Shown one piece after another: positions 1 through 11,600 of a stretch of 64,000 nt of DNA; position 1 is the first letter of the stretch; the number at the start of each line of letters is the position of its first letter. Position numbers and translations under genes: made by a program. The notes under the pieces are model-generated. The model was not told the DNA's origin, did no database searches, and saw only the letters and a list, made by a program, of their open reading frames with translations. Origin of the DNA: Phoronis australis (Eukaryota; Animalia; Phoronida); assembly GCA_002633005.1 (NCBI GenBank), contig NMRA01000100.1, positions 511,042 to 575,041 on the forward strand. The letters run 5' to 3'.

Positions 1-898
1 GACACGTCAGTGTCACAGTTGACTTCAGATGTACACCGTACTTTTGTTTATGATTTTCGTGGCACTGGGGTTGAACTAAATGCAGAAGGTGAATAATTAT
101 TCTAATAGTATTAATTAAATCTTACTATTGTTCGTTAAACTTTCAGTGTTTGTTATGGAGGCTACAGAGTTTTTGCAGATCAAGGTATCCTGAAAATAGT
201 AGTTTTAGTTCTATAGTTATTCAACATCTAAAAAAATGAGAAAATGGCTTTTATTTGAATTCGTGTGTAGAAGTTTCTAAACGCATCGCTGTAAATCCGT
301 AGTGGCTAAAAGCGTCCCTGTTTAAAAAGCAATTATCACCGTACATGTGACGTCCAAGTCGACGACTACTACTACAGAACTTTCATTTTTTGAAGTTGGA
401 AACACAATTGTTCAAGGGAAACTTTTTATCAAATGCCGTAAGCCGGCCCTATCTTAGCTATAAGACGGTCCTAACTTCCACTCGTGTTAGATCAAATATC
501 CTTTTGACCTATTAAAATATTTTTTACGAACACTAGATGACTGGAAAATCTCACATCGTCCCTGCATACAACGGTATCCCTGAAACGTCACGCAAGCGCT
601 CATAATCATACATCTGTGACTGCCATTTGTTGCAAAATATTTTATTTTACGCTGATCACATATTTTGAGAAATCGAAACTGACTGATTTTGTATTCATGT
701 GAAAACAACGTCCCAGGTCTTTATCGGTAACAATGAAAAGTAAAGATCCTACATTTTTATAAAAAAAATCCACCACGCCCGACTTCTTGTTGAATACATG
801 GTAATACTCCCGATATATTCGGCAGCAGTAGGACAGATCAAGAATAGGATAGACTATCAAGAGACATTAATAGTATGTAAAACCACGACCATATTTTG

Positions 899-1460
899 CA
901 TGCACGCACCCAGCCTAAAATATAGGGGAGGCTCGAAGTTTTGGCAATGTAGACCTTTTACATAGGCGGATTAAGGGGATGCAGCCAACCCCCAGCCTTG
1001 ACTGCCGCAGGCAAATGACATAGCAACAGCATAAAGCGTGAGGAACATTGAGTCCAGTAACCTGGACCGGTAGCGAATGCGGGGGGCTCAGACCCCAGCT
1101 CGCGGCGGAATCGGGTTCCCGTTTTATTTTTTAGTCCACCGATAGAATTTGTGAATAGAGAGTTCACATCCCCGGCCCGACCGACTTTTGAGCCGCACAT
1201 GCAAGCGCTCTTTACCCATGCAATTGCCAATGCAACATGTTGCCTCCCCCCCTCATGTTATCCTAGGTCCGCCACTGTTTTCTAACACAAAAAACGGAGT
1301 ACCACATTCAGAGCTATGAATTGTTCATTCGCGCCTTTTTAGTGGACACTTGTCTCATTTTCTCGGCCACTTTTTGTTTCTATGAGGCCTGCCTTTTTGC
1401 CCACTTCGCCAAATCTGAGGGCTCGTTCGAGCCCCGAGCCTCCCCACGGGTGTGCGCATG
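899..1460. mobile_element. MITE, CATG-ended family (5-bp TSD), carrying a nested insert
   Basis: TIR CATGCACGCACCC / GGGTGTGCGCATG, TSD TTTTG on both sides; homologous to 3582-3758. Confidence 0.8.
961..1277. mobile_element. Nested hAT-like MITE
   Basis: imperfect TIR CATAGGCGGATTAAGG / CCTAGGTCCGCCACTG; absent from the sister copy at 3582; no clean TSD. Confidence 0.5.
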
Positions 1461-1894
1461 TTTTGATTGTGTTTTTATTTTGGTCATATATCATCTTGAG
1501 GTAAATTTTGCGCAGACGAGCAGCTGCTGTCAATATGTTATATGGCCACTCTCGTTTTCTGTATAGTTGTAACATCTCTTGTTGCCCTTCGAAGGACCAG
1601 GCGGATATACCGAGAGTTTGAGTAAGTGTCAATTAAGGTAAGCATTAACCAGACAACAGTGTCGTGTATTCAACTTATCTTGTGTATACGAAGTCTGATA
1701 CCAAACTATTCTAGTCTAGCTGTCTGACTAATTGCTCTGGTCGTCGTCACGTTAATGCTTTCAGCTTTGCGTTCGCAATAGCGTACGCAAGACTTTCTAA
1801 GTTACGATTAGGTGTTCAGCTTTTGATAAAATGTTCCCCTATGCATGACGGTGAAACCCATGTTTGTCTCGACTGATATTTCTAGTGGACTTAC

Positions 1895-1977
1895 GTTGAA
1901 CATGAAGTGCTATTTCCGTGCTGTTGGAAATGCCAACAGCGTTCTTCAATTGGCAGTGATAACGACCAATAGCAGAC
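1895..1977 (-). CDS. Ig gene exon 6 (C-part of Ig4; not in ORF track)
   Basis: acceptor ttccctcttgcag; RSAIGRYHCQLKNAVGISNSTEIALHVQ; donor C|GTAAGT. Confidence 0.85.
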
Positions 1978-4900
1978 CTGCAAGAGGGAACAGTAAATCT
2001 AAAGGATAGAACAAATTAAACACAACTGTACGTGTAGTAGGACAGTGTCGTATTTTAATCGGGGTAAACGGGATGGGTTCTCCCGCGCCCCTATGGGGCG
2101 CCCTCAAGTGAAAGAAAAACATTCACTACTTACTAGGAGCGGCTGATGTTTCCACTCTTCTGTCAAAGTGAGGCCATTGTCAAGTGGGAACATCAGTCAG
2201 GTGGGTGACCTTATTACTCGAGCCGTACCCTTTAAAAGTACTGTCATCGGTGAAACTATGCTTTGTTCCAGACACAGGTGTAGAATCGAAGTGCACTACA
2301 CGTCCCGATGAATTACAAATACACTTTAAGAGTCACAACACGGGAGAGGATGGTGTATGTCCAACTGCAGCAGTGACGAATTCCTACAGGTACTGTACCT
2401 TAGTAAACGCTTCCTAATGAATAAAAATGCTTTACCTGTTCACTGCACCAATATGCAGTCCTACTGATTTCCCAGGTACATTTACTGGACGAATACCCTG
2501 TCCAAGGGCTAGTTCTTTTCCGTTTCTGTACCAAAGTATACTTTCAGGAAAAGGGTTTGCATTTACAGTTAGATTAAAAAATGCATTTTCTCCTTCTATC
2601 ACTTCGACGACTTTCGTGGTCGCAGTAATTTCCGGTTCAACTGCAATTAAAGTTAATAGCAATTGTGAAAAGTTTGTTGGAATCCAAGAAAATTTAAGAT
2701 TATTGGAGGTATTACGAACAGAATTGTTGGTTATAACCATAGACATCATACTGACGGTTTTCGAACACGTAGCCCTGCTCATGGCCAATGGTAACATTCG
2801 GCCAAAAACTAACCACATTTCAACTCGTTTTGAGACCTGCGCTCACAGACTAGGAAAACAATCCACCAACATCAATTGCATAAGCAAGGCCTGAAACGTC
2901 ATGAACTGCCAGATTAAAAACAAACGCTTCATCAAATTCGTCTAAGGCGGACTTTAGTTTTTAAAAAGTGGGTATGCAACTAAACAATCACCGCCCCACC
3001 GACTGGATTTTCCACTACTCAAAATACGAAGACCTGAACTAATTTTACTTTTGGCCTGGCTTCAAATGACTATCTCAGTATCTGTCTGCAAACGGAACTG
3101 AAAACTGAAACTCATATTCGGAATACAAACTTTAAATGGCTTACATTGGACGTCCAGTCTTAAAACATCTTTCAGAGGAGGACGAAGTTGTCTGAGCATA
3201 ACGTCATTGATGACGTCACATTGGTATTGGCTCTCGTGGTCTCGACTGGAAGCCTGTATGTTCAATGTACTGGTGACCGTAAATGTATTGTCAAACTCTT
3301 TCAGCGATCTGTATGTGGTGTTCAGAGTGACGCCGTTCCTCGACCACACTAACGCTGACACTGGCTTAGAACCAGGAGACTTGCATATAAGTGTGTAAGA
3401 TCTGCCCGCTATGACTGGTGAAGGGCGGCTGATAACAGGTTTAAGTGGCATCACTACAAGATACAAATTCGATTTTTGGCATTACAAACGAGAAAAACAA
3501 AACATGTTGACCTTTTTGGCTTCCGTGCTCAATTTTTTTTCACGCATGTAATTTTGCACAGTTTCCGTGTACGTTATTATACATGCGCGCACGCAGCCTA
3601 AAATGCAGGGGGGCTCGAATTTTCGGGGTTCGCCGAATTCGTGCCTTTTCTTGTTTTCTCGGTCTTATTGTTTCTGTGGGGCGGAGCTTTTTGCCCACTT
3701 CGCTAATTAGGGGGGGGGGGGGGCGTTCGAGCTCCCTCCCCCCCTGGGTGGGCGCATGTTATATTGATAGTCGTTTATCATAAAACAAAAGCAACATAAC
3801 ATATGGTGCTTTTAGATTGTTTTATATATCAGCTGATCATGCAAACCATCAGTGTTAAATATAAGTTGGAAGGAGATTCAAGAATCTGTTGGAACTATAC
3901 AGTGTCTCCACATCGAAATTACTTGATACGTTCAACAATATCCTACAATCAAAAATAATTTGCCACCATTCATTGCATTTACGCTGCATTTTCCCTTGTC
4001 ACATTTCTGTTGCAAACTCACAGTTCATATCGGGCACGGCTTTTCTCTTCGTTTCAGAGTATATCAATACAGCACTCTCTGCCGTGCAAATTATAGTCCC
4101 TCGATACATATCTCTGGTAGCAGCTATCGACAACACTGATGTTCGCGATGAAATACCATCTTGTGAGCCCGTGTCGACATACTTTTGAAATTCCGAAATA
4201 TCCCTCAGTTGTCCGTTTGAATCTGTAAGGCACCAATATGTCATACACGTAACTACAATCACATGTTTACGACAGCGTACCAACTAAATGTCAGACTACA
4301 TCCGTTCATTTGAACACAGTGGAAGAACTCGCAAGTAGGCCTACATGTGTGACAGGTTCAGGTCCTGTTGCAACTTCAAAACTAAACTTTTGGGGTGAAT
4401 TTACAATGTGAAATACTGCAACTATACGTGCCCCAATGCGGGGTTTTACATTAGTAAACACAGCGAACACATAGGAGCAATCCATTGCCTCGAAGGTTCA
4501 CTACTCAGATACCACAAGAAATTTCAGACTCCGGTATATTTTTTTATTTCTATGTGCAAATTACTTCGTTGAAAACACGACTAGTCTTTGTGTTTGCAAG
4601 CTTGATACTGGTTCGCTCGTAGTTTCGGAACAGTCGCCTTTCTTTAGGTGTGCAGCTATGTTGTAAAACATCGTGAGACATAACAAGCAAATTAAAACAC
4701 CAGCTATATTTGGAGACTGCATGTCTTATCATCAGGCAATAAGGGGGGTTAACATAACATAACGGAATAAACAGTGAAATACACGTGACAGTGGGAAGAG
4801 GGGCATTCAAGCAGAGAGTGAGAATGCAACACACAACAGGAAGACCGCAACCGTATCGAAACAGAGCCAGCGTGCGGTACACACCTGTGAGCTGCTCATT

Positions 4901-6608
4901 CAATACAGGTTTTTCGTGACTCGTCAATAGCGATTCCAACATCTTTGGCTGAAATGTGTAATTTTCAACATGGCGAATGATGGTATTATCTACTATTTCT
5001 TGCCTAGATATTTTTTCAAGCTTGCAAACAAAAAGTGTAGTCGTGTTTTCAACGAAGATTGTGTAAACGAAGGGCTGCTACCGAACTATACTAATATGCA
5101 AATAAATATACACGATTTTTCGGGTACTAGACCCAGTTCAGGGCCGTAGGAAGCGGGGGACGTGTCTTCCCCAATTAATTTGCAGGCATCGTGGCAAAAG
5201 GATAGGATTGGGGCCTGGGGCAGGTGAGAAAAGAAAGACAATGAAAATGGAAAAGAAAGAAAATTCAAGAAAACATTCATTAACTACCAGTGCTTGACTG
5301 ATTTACTCTTTGAGGCACCTGGCCAGGACAATTTTATTAGGAGTGGCCATTTTAAGGTCATCTAAACGCATTAAATAATCCATTATTATTTGTATTAGGA
5401 AAAAATCGAGAAAATTTACAGAAATATGGGAAATTCAATGCTGAAAGGTTGATGTTATCTATTTATGCGTGCATAATTATTGAGAGCCTCGGGACAACAA
5501 TTGAGGCTGAATGGTATCTGTAGCATTATAATAGCGAATACGCGTCGTAGTCAAACAAACCCATAAAATGGCTATCTCTTTAGTTTACCAGTGTCTGCAG
5601 AACCTGACTGTAGCACAGACGTGTGACTAGGATGTAGTTAAGACTACTTTCAGTTCAACGGAGAAGCATATACTGCGAGATTACATATGCGTTGAGCTAC
5701 TATAAGCATGTGTAAGTCAAACCATTTAGAATTCTTAAATCTTGAATTTCGCCGCTGATAAAAACGCGAGGGACTCGCAACTTAATAGCACCACATACGA
5801 ACCTTCCATGGTCCAGACCATCTCTGGTAGTGGTTTGCTGTTTTCAACACTACATTCATATTGCAGGGTGGTCCCTTCATCTTTAGTCACGTGTTTATTT
5901 GGTCCGACCAGTGACAAACTTCTCGGGTTCACTGTGCAGAAAAAATAGTGGTGCAACACACAGTTTGGTTAATTCAATTTGATTTAATAAGCACTTTAAC
6001 AAAAATAAATCTGAACAGTGCATTATGAAAGCATGAGATTATATTGATACTTATTGAAACTTTCAAACTAGAAAGGTCGTTTTCGTCATATACTGTCCAC
6101 TTCAAATATTCGCTACCAATCACGTGATCTTAACCCACAAATTACAGTTGACAATCAAAGAACTGTTTTGAAAAAAGGTTGTGCCGTTATAAACATTGTA
6201 CAATTAATATGAAAAACCATGAACCATACCGAGGACTACAACTGAAGTTTCGTGGTAAGTAGTGGAGACACTGGTTGGCCATTTATAGCACCTGTAAACG
6301 CCTTCATCTCCTACCCACATGTCTTCAACATGAAGAACGACCTTTCCCGACCCATTTGATGTGGAGAATTTCCCTGGATCCGCCCAAGACTCCACCTTTC
6401 CATTCACTGAAATAGTGGCACCATGACGTCCGGTTCTGTCCCATACGATGTTGGTGCTCGACAACCCAGTGACGTCTATCGGGCAAGTTATGACCAGAGT
6501 CGAACCAGCCACAACTGGATATGTTTGGGTTACTACATCGGAACCAACAGCCATGCATGTAGACATTAAAATTATGGATGTCGCATACATATGTTTTGCT
6601 GGAGACAT
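1895..6608 (-). CDS. Immunoglobulin-superfamily cell-surface protein (nephrin/Kirrel/CADM-like), 3'-partial, ~435 aa in window
   Basis: Exons complement(join(1895..1977,2436..2640,3145..3453,4022..4222,5803..5931,6230..6608)). All introns are GT-AG with compatible phases. Contains a signal peptide, a V-set domain (ITC..W..DEGVYRC), two C2-set domains (YEC..SKP..W..IIC; LIC..SKP..W..YQC) and a 4th Ig domain (NLTVNANP..W..GRYHC). Confidence 0.85.
2436..2640 (-). CDS. Ig gene exon 5 (N-part of Ig4)
   Basis: acceptor ttaattgcag; FEPEI...EGENAFFNLTVNANPFPESILWYRNG...; donor AG|GTAAAG. Confidence 0.85.
3145..3453 (-). CDS. Ig gene exon 4 (Ig3, C2-set)
   Basis: acceptor tatcttgtag; YTLICKSPGSKPVSALVW...TVTSTLNI...DHESQYQC...LRLDVQ; donor T|GTAAGC. 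Confidence 0.88.
3582..3758. mobile_element. MITE, CATG-ended family (5-bp TSD)
   Basis: TIR CATGCGCGCACGCAG / CTGGGTGGGCGCATG, TSD TTATA. Confidence 0.8.
4022..4222 (-). CDS. Ig gene exon 3 (C-half of Ig2)
   Basis: acceptor ccttacag; DSNGQ...SRTSVLSIAATRDMYRGTIICTAES...; donor T|GTGAGT. Confidence 0.8.
4557..5063. mobile_element. Non-autonomous DNA transposon with ~45-bp TIRs
   Basis: CTTCGTTGAAAACACGACTA...GTTTGCAAGCTTGA inverted at both ends; right end reads CACAAT on the minus strand; TSD not resolved. Confidence 0.75.
5803..5931 (-). CDS. Ig gene exon 2 (N-half of Ig2)
   Basis: acceptor ttttctgcacag; VNPRSLSLVG...LQYECSVENSKPLPEMVWTME; phase-1 donor G|GTTCGT matches the next exon frame. 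Confidence 0.8.
6230..6608 (-). CDS. Ig gene coding exon 1: signal peptide + V-set Ig domain
   Basis: MSPAKHMYATSIILMSTCMAVGS...TLVITC...IVW...DEGVYRCY; donor G|GTATGG at 6229; upstream acceptor at 6681-6682 implies a spliced 5' UTR. Confidence 0.85.
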
Positions 6609-8607
6609 AATGCAACCCAGGCTTCTCTTTTCTTCTTCTTGTAGTCTACTTCTAGCGCTTTACTAGACGTATAATGTTGACTGAAATCACAAAAATTATT
6701 TGTAAAAACAGACAGTCACGCACCTTAGCAGTTGTTTTCTTAAAAATGTTCTCAAGCTCGGGCGTATACTTTGCAGTATTGTGAGGGCATGGGATTTCTC
6801 ATATGGAATTATTCTTCTATTTAACATTTCGTAATGGTTTTAAAAATGGAGTTTTGATCTTGTTATTTGCATTTCATCTACCATTATAAATGTACCGTCC
6901 ATGATACCGTTGGATATGCCGCGCTAGTCCCACTGGCGGCGCTGCAAAGAAACGTCAATGAGAACTAGATGTTCATTCATGCACACATGCCAGTGTCTCT
7001 TGCATGGGCCCCCCAGCCCACGTCTGGCGCACCGCCCATAGACCACCGTACGTAGGGTGGTGTAGCACTAGTGAAAAAAGTTGGTGTGCCGCCCGTGTCT
7101 TGGCTTTATTTGTATGATTTTCTCAGTTTCGAACTATAGTCATTCAACTAACTTACATCCTTTTTGGCGATCCCCATGATTCTAATGTAGCAGGATTTGA
7201 AATCACTAAGTAGTTTACTGTTGAAAATCACTGCTAGATCGATAGGCCTATCTATGTTGCTCTCAGCTCCGGCGCCGGTCAGCCCTTTGAGTTCGAAGTG
7301 AACACTTTCATCAAAACCTCAAAAATATGACTGTCTAAATTCATAGCGTTTTCATAAAAACATGTGAGAGAACTTACCCTTGTAAACACTTCAATTTTAC
7401 TGAGCACTAATTCCGTTGACTGAGAACCTTATAGTTATCGAGAAGTCTGCATATGGGTGAGGCACACGTATGGTAAGGACTTCATTGTATTATAAGTGTT
7501 TATGATGGATACACTGTTGTCAACAAATAAGCATCAATCAATGGGAGTATTAATTAATTAATTAATATGTTTACGAAACGCCAAATGCATGATAACAGTT
7601 AATTGGCGTCGTTCGCTCGCATAACTCTCTCTTGACGTAATCCACACTGAGCGGTTTTGTCAACAAATGTCTCTGTTGTTGAGTCATTGACAGTAAAAAT
7701 GTTTCTGTGACTACGCATTCGAAAAACGTATGTGAAATTTGTACATTTGATTTTCTAATTTCTTTACTGTCGGGAATTTATAAAGGATACCCATTCACAA
7801 GCAGAAGCAAATGTTTGACCTACATACGGGCTTTTAGAATATGGAGCTGGCTTTCTTGACTCAGTTGGTATATGTTTTTATGAAATCATAGATTATTGTT
7901 TATGATGAAATTGACCGAAATCTAAAAAAGTGAATTTTGAAGGTCCTTCTTTTAAAAATACTATTATTGGATGATAGTAAATACTGCCAATTGCTTAAAC
8001 AAAGGATTTGCCTTTCGCACAAAATTACGAAACGGAACTGGCTGTTGTTACCTAACAGTCTCGTAGATCCGAACCGCACTCGGCAAGTTGATTGTCCCGC
8101 TTCTACAGACGAAATCAATGACTGCAAACGTTGGGTATATTTTCTAAATTTTGTCACTTAAGTCTGCGATTCGTCCTGACTGCCTGCGCTTTTTGTCTTC
8201 TGAATTGGTCGGCGGTCCAGAAAGAATGCCCCGTGACCGTGTTGTCGCCTTAGCCTTTGGTGGACATTTGGACAATTTCAATGGCTTAATTTTTGCCTTT
8301 GGCAATTTTTCTCAGAGCTTGAACTGAGTTAAGATACAACTGTGCAAATGAGAAAATGACGCATGATTAAAATGACTTGCAATCCTGTCCATGAATGACT
8401 AAGAACACGCGATGCTTGGAAACGTTTAGCCTTGGTACAGCGCTGTATATTTTGACGACAGTCTTCATACAGCTAGCTGGCTGGCTAGGAAACGTTCTAC
8501 TTCAAGATAAGACTCGCGTTGTTTGCTTTTATTGAACTTTCACCCCGGCATCTATAGTTTGAGTCCTGAGTCAGCTGAAGCAAATATTGTACTTCTGACT
8601 GATTGAT

Positions 8608-8624
8608 ATGGTGAAAAACACAGG
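8608..8624 (+). CDS. HSDL2: HSDL2 exon 1 (MVKNTG)
   Basis: ATG GTG AAA AAC ACA GG|gttggt; matches the MxxNTG start of HSDL2 and the phase of exon 2. Confidence 0.85.
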
Positions 8625-11600
8625 GTTGGTTGATTATTTAAAGCCACTTAAAGCAGCCTTGATACAGAGCTGTGTGATTTTGTGTAATGGCTGTTCAGTA
8701 AGCAGTCAGTTTTGGTTAGAATTTAGTTATGCCTGGGTGTACTGTTCATAACTGAGCCAGGTAGCTGAATCCAAAATTTTTTCAGTTAACATGAACTGGT
8801 AAACACTAGGTAAACTGAGCGAGGCTTGTTATACAATTTGTGTATTAGCAGATTAGTCAATATACCTACATAAACTGATTACACTTCCTGTTACAGTAAG
8901 CTTGCTGGTCGAACACTGTTCATTACCGGTGCTTCTCGGGGAATTGGTAAAGCCATTGCTCTCAAGGCAGCTAGAGATGGGGCCAATATCGTTATCGCAG
9001 CAAAGACTGTCGAGCCTCATCCGAAGTTACCAGGAACAATTTACACTGCAGCTAAAGAAAGTAGGTATATTAGCATTCACCAAGTGGTAGGCATCCTTGC
9101 ATGGCTACTTCTGTGGAGGGCACTAGTCGGTCCCACTTTAAATCATTGTAACGTATTCAATTTTTAACACAAAATCATAATTTGGCATCCACGGGTTCGT
9201 TTTTGTCAACTTATCCGCAGTCGGAAATCTGTTCAGTGACGGGAGTTCAAAACATCAGCAATTGTGAACCCTGGGTAATATCTCATCATGTTTTGTCACT
9301 TTGCATTATAATTCTCCAGAAGCAACACTGTCAAAGTGTCAATTACAATGTAAGTTAATACAGCAATGCTGTGTAATAGTACTTAGAAAATACTAAAACC
9401 TTCTGTTAACACAGTAGATAAACTTAAGGATTTTAAATGTTGTCTGTTGTCTTGATGTGTTTTAGGTAGTTTGTAGATGGATAAATTTTTTATTGTCAGT
9501 TTTCAGGCGGCGAGTAAACACAAAGCAGTGAATTGTACCTTCTCCTTGTTTCAGCATTTTTCTGTATTGTTATTTTGTTTAGTCGAAGAGGCTGGTGGTC
9601 GTTGTCTCCCCTGTGTTGTTGATATTCAACACGAGGACCAAGTGAAGAAGGCTGTTGAGGAAGCTGTCCACACGTTCGGCCATATTGATATCCTTGTAAA
9701 TAATGCCAGCGCAATCAGATTGACCGGTACTGCGGAGACACCCATGAAACGCTATGACCTTATGATGGGCATCAATGGGCGTGGTACATATCTATGGTGT
9801 GTACAATTAAACTTTTTTTCTGTTTGATTACTGAAGAACCAAAATGGAGACTTTTTCACTCCCCCCACAAAATATATCTTGAAATCTTTCTCAGTGCAAT
9901 AGAACTCCATTGACCCAAAGAATGTCTATGAGTTGTAAACTCTCCAGAAACAAATATGCTCAAAAATGTACATATAAGTAGAATTGACGAGCTCTTCAAA
10001 ATTTGACCGCCTAGTTCAATTTAGGGGATTTCATCTTTGGCACTGCTGTCTATTTTCAAATGTATTTTGGTGCAGTTGTCAGCTCTTGTATTGTCTTTAC
10101 ATCTACGTACTGTGTAGATGCAACAGGTTCAGCTGTGACAGTTCCAATCTGTCATTCAATCAGGTTTTATTCACATGTAACAACTACTCATCCCAGTGAG
10201 GAATTATTGCAGACAAAGTCACTAAAGTGTCGGCATGCCTTAATGACCGTAACGATAAATTTACATGTCAAACACAACGGTGTTCTTGGTTTCTTTATTT
10301 GCGTTATTTTCTTCTTGGCCCAATGTTTTGGTCATCACCATTATACCATGTTCATACCGTACTGGCAAAAATTATGCAACTATGCGACCAGGAATTCCCG
10401 TTCATGGTGTCTAACCACTAGCTGAACATTCCATAGTTGCAACTGACAGCAGGTTGATTTAAATATCAGAGTAGCTGAAATGACGAGTCATGCTAGGTCC
10501 TGTTGGTTTTGCCTGATTAACTGCTGCACCAATTTTCCTCTTTGCAAATGAAATCTGCCTAATTGGTTTTAATTCAATGAATTTTACTTTTCAGCTCTCA
10601 AGTATGTCTTCCACACCTCCAGAAAGGCCGTAATCCACACATTCTGAACATCAGTCCTCCACTGAATTTGAACCCCAAGTGGTTTAAAAATCATGTCGGT
10701 AAGTTGAATAACTCATGAAAATTAAAATGTAGAAGAGCATTTTTCTAACCTTGTTTTCGTAGTGAATACAGAAATCAACATCCAAATCACTGATTTTGGT
10801 ATGTTCACAATGAGGAGTGGTGACTTTGAGTGTTAATTGTTTCTTTGGTGTACAATTTTTATTTGCAGTAGGTTGTTCTTCTGGTAGTCATTAGGTTCTA
10901 TTGCATATCTACATTAAAAGTGCTTAATATCAAGTTTACACCAGGGTGTCCATGTTAGCTATTGACATTGTTATATTTTTGTAGCTTTCACCATAACCAA
11001 ATACAACATAACTATGTGACCTCTCAATCAGTTATATTCTGCTGCTTACATTAGAACCAAGTACAAAATGTCTATGTGATCTCTGAATCAGGCAAGTGTG
11101 TAACCTACACTATGGCCAAGTATTGTATGTCGATGTGAGCTATGAATCAGTTGTATTTTATAGCTTACACTATGGCCAAGTACGGCATGTCTATGTGTGC
11201 TCTTGGTATGGCTGAGGAGTTCAGAGATGATGCCATAGCTGTCAACGCATTATGGCCCAGAACAGGTACAGTTACGATGTGTAGTATTTTTAGATAATTT
11301 GTTTGATCATAGGTTCCATTCACTGTGACCATGAGATGGTGCAGTTTATACTATTGGATACATAAAGGATATGCCATGAAACAAGCCAGTGCATAGTGGC
11401 TTTGAATGGATATTGTTGTATCCTCTGAATACGGCTGTACACAGATAATCAGGTGCTGGTATAAATACTGATGCTAAAATTTGACAGTTTTAGGCTTAGA
11501 ATTCTCTCTTAAATTACAATACAAGCCAAAATAAAACAATGAAACAAAACACCGTACCAGTGTCGTGACAATCAATTTTGCGTGCACATTCCTTTTTGCC

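Noticed and set aside
2427-2894. 155-aa plus-strand ORF
   Set aside because: Antisense to Ig exon 5
4550-4942. 130-aa ORF as a transposase; TIRs as RAG RSS
   Set aside because: No DDE or DNA-binding motifs, the ORF runs through the TIR, and there is no heptamer-spacer-nonamer arrangement
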